From assembly GCF_009914755.1 (NCBI RefSeq), contig NC_060940.1: a stretch of DNA of 64,000 nucleotides; one strand, given 5' to 3'. Each line of letters begins with the position of its first letter. Position 1 is the stretch's first letter. The notes beneath the pieces were generated by a model, which was given only the letters and a program-made list of their open reading frames with translations, searched no databases and was not told the DNA's origin. The position numbers and the translations under genes are program-made. This document shows positions 53,734-64,000 of the stretch, piece after piece. Source of the DNA: the human T2T-CHM13v2.0 reference genome, Homo sapiens.

Positions 53734-55164
53734 TGAGAGGTGACAGCGTGCTGGCAGCCCTCGCTCGCTCTTGGTGCCTCCTCGGCCTCCGTGCCCACTC
53801 TGGCCTTGCTCGAGGAGCCCTTCAGCCTGCCACTGCACTGTGGGAGCCCCTTCCTGGGATGGCCGAGGCCGGAGCCGGCTCCCTCAGCTTGCAGGGAGGT
53901 GTGGAGGGAAAGGCATGGGCAGGAACCAGGGCTGCGCTGGGCGCTCGCAGGCCAGCTAGAGTTCTGGGTAGGCGTGGGCTTGGCGGGCCACACTCGGAGC
54001 GGCCGGCCGACCCCACCGGCCCGGTGCAGCGAGGGACTTAGCACCCGGGCCAGCAGCTGTGGAGGGTGCCACCGGGTCCCCCAGCAGTGCCGCCCCACCG
54101 GCACTGTGCTCGATTTCTTGCCGGCTTTAGCTGCCTCCCCGGGGCAGGGCTCAGGACCAGCAGCCCGCCATGCCTGAGCCTCTACACCCCTGCCCTGGGC
54201 TCCTGCATGGCTGGAACCTCCCAGACCAGCACTGCCCCCTACTCCATGGCACCCAGTCCCATCCACCACCCAAGGGCTGAGGAGTGCGGGTGCATGGCTC
54301 GGGACTGGCACACAGCTCCACCTGTGGCCCAGTGCAGGATCCACTAGGTGAAGCCAGCTGGGCTCCTGAGTCTAGTGGGGAATTGGAGAAGGTTTATGTC
54401 TAGCTAAGGGATTGTAAATACACCAATCAGCACTCTGTATCTAGCTCAAGGTTTGTGAACACACCAATCAGCACCTTGTGTCTAGCTCAGGGTTTGTGGC
54501 TGCACCATTTGGCATTCTGTACCTAGCTAATCTGGTGGGGACTTGGAGAATCTTTATGTCTAGCTAAGGGATTGTGAATACACCAATCAGCACCCTGTGG
54601 CTAGCTCAAGGTTTGTAAATGCACCAATCAGCACTCTGTGTCTAGCTCAGTGTTTGTAAATACAACCATCAGCACTCTGTGTCTAGCTAATCTAGTGGGG
54701 ACTTGGAGAACTTTTGTGTCTAGCTCAGGGATTGTAAATGCACCAATCAGCACCCTGTCAAAATGGACCAGTCGGCTCTCTGTAAAACAGACCAATCAGC
54801 TCTCTGTATAATGGACCAATCAGCAGGATGTGGGTGGGGCCAGATAAGGGAAGAAAAGCAGGCTGCCCGAGCTAGCAGTGGCAACCCACTTGGGTCCTCT
54901 TACACACTGTGGAAGCTTTGTTCTTTCCCTGTTTGCAATAAATCTTGCTGCTGCTTGCTCTTTGGGTCCGCACTGCCTTTGTGAGCTGTAACACTCACTG
55001 CGAAGGTCTGCAGCTTCACTCCTGAGCCAGCGAGACCACAAACCCACCAGAAGGAAGAAACTCTGAACACATCCGAACATCAGAAGCAACAAACTCTGGA
55101 CACACCACCTTTAAGAACTGTAACACTCATCAGTGAGACCAAGAACCCACCAATTCCAGACACA
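53734..55164 (+). mobile_element. LTR12C (HERV9) solo LTR
   Basis: TGAGAGGTGACAGCGTGCTGGCAG...AATTCCAGACACA; GC-rich U3; tandem CACCAATCAGCA repeats; TSD ATGG. Confidence 0.96.
54395..54860 (+). promoter_or_regulatory. LTR12C U3 enhancer/promoter repeats (NF-Y CCAAT array)
   Basis: Seven intact CCAAT boxes; AGATAA at 54842; established ERV9 LTR architecture. Confidence 0.65.
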
Positions 55165-55270
55165 ATGGAGTTTCACTCTTGTTGCCAGGCTGGAGTCCAA
55201 TGGCACTATCTTGGCTCACCGCAACCTTCAAATCCCAGGTTCAAGAGATTCTCCTGCGTGATCCCCCTGA

Positions 55271-55504
<234 letters not shown>

Positions 55505-55589
55505 TGACTATGATATAGGCATAGTTTGAATTTATCTCACTTGGAGTTTGCTGAACTTCTTGTATTTGGGGAATAATATTTTTCATCAA

Positions 55590-55703
55590 ACCAGGAATAG
55601 TGCACACCTATATTCCCAGCTATTTAGGAGGCTGAAGCAGAAGGATCTCTTGAGCCCAATAGTTCAAGGCCAGCCTAGGCAACATAGACTCCGTCTCTAA
55701 AAA
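55590..55703 (+). mobile_element. FLAM monomer
   Basis: Single arm; flanks ATATTTTTCATCAAA/ATATTTTTTCACCAAA. Confidence 0.8.
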
Positions 55704-56063
55704 CAATATGTATATTTTTTCACCAAAAGTTGAAAAATTTCAGCCCCAAACTCTCTATCTCTTCTTTGAACTCCAATTACATGTATGTAAATCAATTGAT
55801 ATTTTGATGACTCACAGATGACTGAGGCTCTGTTTTAACCTTTTTTCTGTCTGTATTTTGGTTTGTACATTTTATTTATCTTGCCCTATTTTCAAGCTCA
55901 CTGATCTTTACTTTTGTAGTGTCCAATCTGCTGTTAATCCAATGACATAATTTTTAAATATTTTCAGATATGGCATTTTTAAATTTTAGAGATACCCTTA
56001 GGTTTTTAAACAATATTTATTTCTCTGCTGAGGATTTCCAGCTGGTCACTTATTATGTCCATA

Positions 56064-56337
56064 TTTTTCTTTTTTCTTTTCTTTTCTTTTTTTTTTTTTA
56101 AGGTCTTGCTGTGCTACCCAAGCTGGAGTGCAGTGGCACAGTCATGGCTCATTGCAGCCTTGACCTCCTGGGTCAAGAGATCTTTCTGCTCACTCTCATG
56201 AGTAGCTGGGACTACAGGCGCATGCCACCATGCCCAGCTAATTTTTTACTTTTAATTTTGTAGAGATGAGGTCTCACTGTGTTGTCCAGGCTGGTCTAAA
56301 AACTCTTGACCTCAAGCAATCCTCCTGCCTCAGCCTC
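56064..56337 (-). mobile_element. AluJ, 5'-truncated
   Basis: J-type arms; flanks CATATTTTTC/CATCTTTTTC. Confidence 0.9.
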
Positions 56338-56365
56338 ATCTTTTTCTTTATATGCTTAACCATAA

Positions 56366-56851
56366 TTTTTTTTATTTCCATAGGTTTTTGGGAACAGGTG
56401 GTATTTGGTTACATGAGTAAGTTCTTTAGTGCCGATTTGTGAGATTTTGATGCACCCATCACCTGAGCAGTATATACAGAACCCAATTTGTAGTCTTTTA
56501 TCCCTCACCTTCTTCCCACCCTTACCCCTGAGTCTGCAAAGTCCATTGTATCGTTCTTATGCCTTTGCATCCTCATAGCTTAGCTCCCATTTCTGAGTGA
56601 GAACAAATGATGTTTGGTTCTCCATTCCTCAGTCACTTCACTTAGAATAATAGCCTCCAATTCCATCCAGGTTGCTGCAAATGCCATTAATTTATTCCTT
56701 TTTATGGCTGGGTAGTATTTCATCATATATATATGTATACCACAGTTTCTTTATCCACTCATTGATTGATGGGGATTTGGGCTGGTTCCAGATTTTTGCA
56801 ATTTAAAATTGTGCTGCTATAAACATGCATGTGTAAGTATCTTTTTGGTAT
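56366..56851 (-). mobile_element. L1PB1-like 3' end
   Basis: ATTTCCATAGGTTTTTGGGAACAGGTGGTATTTGGTTACATGAGTAAG; TSD CTTAACCATAATTTT. Confidence 0.92.
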
Positions 56852-57127
56852 GCCCGGTCCTTAACCATAATTTTGATAGCTGCTTCAAAGTCCTTGTCTG
56901 CTAATCACAACATCTCATCCTTTCTATTACTTTTCTGCAGGTTTTTGATCACATTTCCCTGCTCCTTTGCATTTCTAGTAATTTTTTATTCTATGCTAAA
57001 CATTATGGAAACTACACTGTGAAGAATCTGGATTTTTCTGTATGTCTTTAAATAGTTTTGGGTTTGGTTCCTACAGTCAGTTAATCTATAAGCAACTTGA
57101 TCCTTTAGATCAAGTGGATGGGGAAGG

Positions 57128-57321
57128 GGGGTCAAACTATCACTTACGGTCAAATTTGGCTCACTACCTGTTTTTGTGAAAGAAATTTTAATTGGGATAT
57201 ATCCACATTCATTTGTTTATGTGTGGTCTGTGGCTGCTTTCACACAACAGTGAAGTTGAATAGTTGTGACAGACGCCATATAGCCTGCAAAGCCTAAAAT
57301 ATTTACTATCTTGCTCTTTAC
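57128..57321. mobile_element. MER58A
   Basis: GTTGAATAGTTGTGACAGA...GCCTGCAAAGCCTAAAATATTTACTATC. Confidence 0.85.
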
Positions 57322-57384
57322 TTTGGTTAGGTCTCTAGTTGCCCTACTCCTAAGGCATGACCTCTCTGGGATCTTAATTACTTA

Positions 57385-57386
<2 letters not shown>

Positions 57387-57434
<48 letters not shown>
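57387..57434. repeat. Pure (CA)n microsatellite, about 23 units
   Basis: Directly visible; probably polymorphic. Confidence 0.95.
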
Positions 57435-57436
<2 letters not shown>

Positions 57437-57445
57437 CACACATTT

Positions 57446-57853
57446 TGATATGCTATGAATCTGTGTCAGCACCCAAATCTCGTGTAGAATTGTTGGACGT
57501 GGGGCCTGGTGGGAGGTGATTGGATCATGGGGGCAGTTTCATATGAATAACTTAGCACCATCCACTTGGTGCTGTTCTCATGATAGTGAGTTCTCACAAG
57601 ATCTGGTTGTTTAAAAGTGTGTAGCACCTCCCCACTCTCTCTCTTGCTCCTGCTTCTGCCATATGAGAGGGACCTGCTTTCCTTTCGCCTTTTGCCATGA
57701 TTGTAAGTTTCCTGAGTCCTCCCCAGAAGCTGAGCAGAAGCTGTTATGCTTCCTGTACAGCCTGCAGAACCATGAGCCAGTTAAACCTCTTTTCTTTATA
57801 AATCACCCAGTCTCAGGTATTTCTCCATAGCAATGAAAGAACGTACGAACTCA
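57446..57853 (+). mobile_element. MSTA MaLR solo LTR
   Basis: TGATATGCTATGAATCTGTGTC...CTCAGGTATTTCTCCATAGCAATG. Confidence 0.9.
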
Positions 57854-58266
57854 CAGTTGTTCTTCTCTGCCTCTTGGGTCCCCCAAATACATAGGGGCCA
57901 CCTGCTCAGATTTCTGGAGCTCCTTCTATGTACATATTCCTCTTCTCTAGTAACCTGTCCCCAAAATTCCAGCTGCCACACCAGCCCTGAATCCTAATTT
58001 TTGCCCCCTCAAATCATAAGGCTTTTGTGCTCTGTTGAGCTTTATCTCTAGGCACCCTGAACCAGAAAGCCAGTGTGGATGTGGGACCCATCTCATGCAT
58101 TTCTCTTCTCTGGGTCACAGTCCTGTCCTGCCTGTGATCCAACATCTGCGAACAGTCACCTTATCAATGCTGTCCAGTCTTATAGCTGTTTGCAGAACCA
58201 TGACTAATCCAATGCCTGTTAGTTTGACATGGATGGGCATAGAAATCTTTTGTTTGTTTGTTTGTT

Positions 58267-58718
<452 letters not shown>

Positions 58719-59091
58719 ACAGCCCTCCTATGATCTTGAAGTCCTACAGCCTTCCCTATTCAGTGTAAAGCTCCCTGGAAGTTACTTTTACATTGTCTCA
58801 TTTCACTGATTTCTTTTCCCCTCCCAGAAATATTAAATTACTGGCTGATGACATCCTCTTAGCTTTGTGATGGATATTGTCAACTCTATGGCACTTACCT
58901 ATGTTGTTACAAATTTCATAATCTCCAGGCAATTTTCGACTCTACATGTAATGGAGTTCACAGTAGACCTAATTTTTGCATTTTCAAAATTGGAAACCTG
59001 TCATTTTGGAGTCATAAACATTACTGAATTCTAGGGTAGGATTTAGAATTAGTGTTTGGGAAAAAACTTTCTTCTTTTCCGGGGAGGTTCA

Positions 59092-59505
<414 letters not shown>

Positions 59506-60161
59506 TCATAGTGAGATACTTAGCACTCTATTTGATAATGCATGTGGTATGTTTGAACAGAACTGTGCCCCTGAAGAACTATAAACCTCTTTTCCCATGA
59601 AATCTGGATTTACACTAATATTGGTCTGAAAAATGCTTATGAGATGTCTGTGTGTTCTAACCTAAACATTGCTCACAAGAGATTGGAAATTATGGAGTTG
59701 ACAACCCACTCACCCTTTCATCTAGCAGCCCAAAGGACTGTGATAAGAAATTGCACTGGGTTTAGTATAATACTACCTATATTGAACTCTTAGGGTGCCA
59801 GACATGGTATCATTGAAGACAAAATAACTTTGAGTTTGGACAAAGTCCTGTGAACTTCTGGGTTCATCTTGTCTAGGCCATGAGGGCTTGTGACATATTA
59901 ACGGTGCAGCACAGGTTTTTCCCAGCAAGGGAATAGACGTTTCTTTGTTGATTACACTGAGACAGGAAAGGAGTTTTAGCCTTACACTGGAGGAGAAGTG
60001 TCTTCTCCCTCAGGCCAATTTGGGCCTGGAATCAGAGGAAAGAAGTTGTTTGGAGATAACAGGAATCAGGGCAAGTTCAAGTAGGCTGATGGCAAAAGAT
60101 GAAGCCCTAAGTGAGGTCAAGTCAGGGCTGTGAGTTCAAGCAGAGACACCTGTAGTATTAG

Positions 60162-60268
60162 TGGGGCAAACAACTTGTCCCAGTTTATCTGGGACTGTCC
60201 TGGTTTTAAAATGGAAAACTCCTGGGAACTCCCTTAGTCTGGGGCAAATTGGGATACTTCGTCACCCT
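60162..60268. mobile_element. MER94-like (hAT-Blackjack)
   Basis: CAACTTGTCCCAGTTT..CTGGGACTGTCCTGGTTTTA...GTCACCCT. Confidence 0.75.
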
Positions 60269-60269
60269 A

Positions 60270-60816
<547 letters not shown>

Positions 60817-61310
60817 TTAGGGGAACACATAACGATCTTCAGAGGCCCCAGGAGAAAAACGAAGAGGGGTCTATGGGATAGGATGAAGCCTGGACTTCCT
60901 GTGGTACAGAAGGGTAGGGGCTTAGAGTATTCTTTGAGTATTAAACAGAAGTCCTGACCTTGAAGCTGGTGAACTTGGCAACATCTGGGTTACATATACT
61001 TCTAGGTGTCTTCCTATACTGTATGGAGAAACACATGCCAACCTCAGAATCGATTTTCCATTCATTTCTTTGTTACCAAATATATAAGTGATATTTTTCA
61101 TTCCTAATATCAGGGTTCCAATGTAGAATTGCCTATACATCACACTCTTCTTCAGTGGAAGGAGTTGGACAATAGTCTTGAGAATGGACTCAACCACTTC
61201 CTAGTTATAGGACCCTAGAAAATTTTCCTAAGTCTTCAAAACAGCATTTTCACAACATCTTCCAGACCTTAGAATTCTCTGAAGAATTACATGAGATACT
61301 TTATATCTAC

Positions 61311-61935
61311 CAGGCCGACTTATGACTTCTATGGGCTCCTGGCACTTTGCCTGTGTGGATCCCTTCCTCCATAAAAAAGTATTAAGGTACAAATACCATC
61401 CGAGCAGGATTCATTATTATATTCATTATTATTATATTCATGATCATTTAGTATATTAATTTTAAATTTTATTTTATGTTATGTCATTTATTATTACTCT
61501 TGTTATTATTTTGACACAGGGTCTTGCTCCGTTGCCCAGACTGAAGAGCAGTGGCTCATTCTTGGCTCACTGTAGCCTCAACTTTCCAGGGCTCAAGCGA
61601 TCCTCCCACCTCACCCTCCAAAGTAGCTGGGACTACAGGCACATGCCACCACGCCCGGCTAATTTTTTTATTTTTCGTAGAAACGTGGTTTAATCCGTTG
61701 TCCAGGACGGTCTTGAATTCCTGGGTGCAAGTGGTCCTCCCACATCAACCTCCCAAAATGCTGGGATTACCGGCATGAACCGCCATGCCTGGCCTAATTT
61801 TTAATTTTACATATTGTGATATGTTAGTACATTTTATTATTATTTTCCGTTTTTTTTTTCTGATTTGAGAAACATTAAAATTAAGACTTTTTGTGAGCTC
61901 AGTCACTGTGCCTCCTGTGTCTTATGTCTTCCCTG
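61311..61935. mobile_element. ORSL-like hAT MITE interrupted by AluJ
   Basis: CAGG...CCCTG termini; 8-bp TSD ATATCTAC/ATATCCAG. Confidence 0.65.
61505..61794 (-). mobile_element. AluJ
   Basis: J-type dimer. Confidence 0.92.
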
Positions 61936-63324
61936 ATATCCAGCACCTGGGACAGGGTGAGCACGTAGTAGGTGCTGCACGCAGTTTTTATTCTCTTTCT
62001 CTTTCATCCACATCTAAAGCAACATTTTCAAAAACTCCAAGTGGCAAATTAAAATTTAAAAAATAAAGTCAAAAGAAAATGTTCTCCAAGCCAGTGGATA
62101 TCTGTAACAGCAGGTTTCACTTATAGTGAATATCACTTTACTGCTTTTAACAAACTTCAAAGAAAATGTTGTAAGGCCATTCATTCTACATGTCTGTTTC
62201 ACATCAGTCACAATTATATTCCAGCTTCACTTCTCTCCCCTTGTTATACCTCATAAATCGTGTAACCAGAATGTATGTGTAGTATATGGATTACATTAGG
62301 AATTGTCAGAAGTAGCCTGATAGTCAGCATCGGCAGTGGCCCTCCCACCCCTGGCAAATCCCTGGGAAGGTATGTTAATACCCGCACCCGCAGTCATTAG
62401 AAGAACCGCAGCTCAGGGGAAGGGACCCATTTCCTTAACAGTCTCTCTAGAGAATTGAAATTGCCATTGCAACATTTAAACCATCGTGCCACAGCTCTCC
62501 AACAGATATATTCATTGACCTGTTGAGTGGTCATACAAAAATAAAAACAAAAATCAGATTTGCAGTGGAAATGAAACCTCGTGTGTGGTACGCAGGGAAC
62601 ATGCAGGTTTCCAGAGCTGGTTAGTTGAGCCCCCGAGATGCTGTTTTGGCAGTGCAGGGTAACATTCTGTTGTCCTAGAAATCCTCTCTACCAGTGCCTC
62701 GCAAAGAAGGAAATGTCTCTGGATTTCCAAATTTCACTGCTGTCTGCTTTTTCATTCATGGCAAAGACTCCTGGATGACAGCAGCCACCCTTCTCATAAG
62801 GAAATGACAGAGATGAGACGGCAACCTGGGGCCCCTCTAGCAATCATCTGGACAGGGCAGAGCGCTTTACCTCCCCTCAAACCCTCCCCGCTCCCTGCTT
62901 TGATACTTTCTCCCCACACAGTAAAGATCCAAGGAAGTTGCCCATCAATGGCAAGCACATTTTTCCGTTTGAAAGATGCAGTAAAAAGAAGTTATATAGT
63001 CAAAGAATACAGATTCCTTGTTCTAAATGAAAGAGCTTAATAGATTTATATTTATCACTCCCGTTACATTTATAAGATCATTGAAATTCAAGACCTTCTC
63101 ATTTATCTGGCAACGGTTGAGAGCGAGCTGCTTCCCACATGTGGCTTTTTCTGATAACCCACACTTTATACCCTTTGAAGCACCAGCACTTGTTAAAATG
63201 GAATCTTTTTTTTTTTTTTGATAGAAAAAATTTTCAAAATGTCACACATGTTTCCCAGCCTTTTAAAACAGATTTTCGTGAAGCGTAATTTAGCATCCTC
63301 TGGCTTTCTAAGAATGCATGTGGA

Positions 63325-63530
63325 GGTGTGATGGTGAAAGAACTCTAGAATCAGACAGATGGGTTCATATGAAACTCTGACACTGCCATGTTGGTCATGA
63401 GACCTTGAGCAGTTTCAAATCTCTGGGTGCTGCCGTGTTCCCATCCATAGAGATGGATGAAACTCTGAGACATGCTGGGAGGCTGAGTGACCTGCTACAT
63501 ATTGCAAGTGTTTAATGTGATACTGGGGAA
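63325..63530 (+). mobile_element. MIR
   Basis: GGTGTGATGGTGAAAGAACTCTAGAATCAGACAGATGGGTTC...TGAGACCTTGAGCA. Confidence 0.75.
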
Positions 63531-63565
63531 ACATTAACCATTTAAAAAAAAAGAGGGTAAGGCCA

Positions 63566-63862
63566 GGCCAGGCATGGTGGCTCACGTCTATAATCTCAGT
63601 ATTTTGGGAGGCCGAGGTGGGAGAATCATTTGAGCCCAGAAGTTTGAGACCGGCCTAAGCAACATAGTGAGACTTCATTTGTACAAAAAAATTAAAAAAT
63701 CAGCCAGGCGTGGTGGTGCATGCCCATACTCCCAGCTACTCAGAAGACTAAAGTGAGAGGATCGTTTGAACCCAGGAAGTTGAGACTGCAGTGAGCTGTG
63801 ATTTTACCACTGCACTCCAGCCTGGGTGACAGAGTGAGACTCTATCCCTTAAAAGAAAGAGA
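63566..63862 (+). mobile_element. AluJ
   Basis: J-type dimer; flanks AAAGAGGGTA/AAAGAGTGTA. Confidence 0.92.
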
Positions 63863-64000
63863 GAAAGAGTGTAGTAGAAAATAAATGTGTAATGAAATAA
63901 ATAAAATTAATAAGCAAAACCAACATGTTATAAATAATAAACTGATGAGCACTGCTATGATCTAAAGATGCCTTCAGACTTTTTAATAGGCACAGTTAAC

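Noticed and set aside
53571-54344. Longest ORF (257 aa) and overlapping ORFs
   Set aside because: These lie almost wholly in the GC-rich, stop-poor U3 of LTR12C; there is no recognisable domain
54395-54825. Regularly spaced repeats that look like an array
   Set aside because: Normal LTR12C U3 tandem enhancer repeats; not CRISPR-like (no unique spacers, eukaryotic context)

Overview
This is primate genomic DNA, most likely human or great ape, judging by AluY, L1PA3-like and LTR12C elements. It is non-coding and rich in interspersed repeats: about 29 Alu/monomer copies, young and old L1, L2, MIR, MaLR/ERVL/ERV1 solo LTRs and many hAT/Tigger DNA-transposon fossils. I found no credible protein-coding exon, RNA gene, processed pseudogene or CRISPR array; the supplied ORFs are repeat-derived or chance. 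I cannot identify the locus. Between the repeats lie several repeat-free, AT-rich blocks dense in developmental transcription-factor motifs, consistent with a gene desert or large intron; their conservation is untested. I found no previously undescribed biological system. The best second-look items are: a twin-primed inverted L1, a closely spaced inverted Alu pair, a microhomology-flanked templated insertion, a perfect 17-bp hairpin with a template-switch signature, a CpG-retaining CTCF/STAT-motif block, two Alus sharing one target site, and an LTR12C nested in an Alu nested in an old L1. Subfamily names come from recalled consensus features, and boundaries of old elements are approximate.
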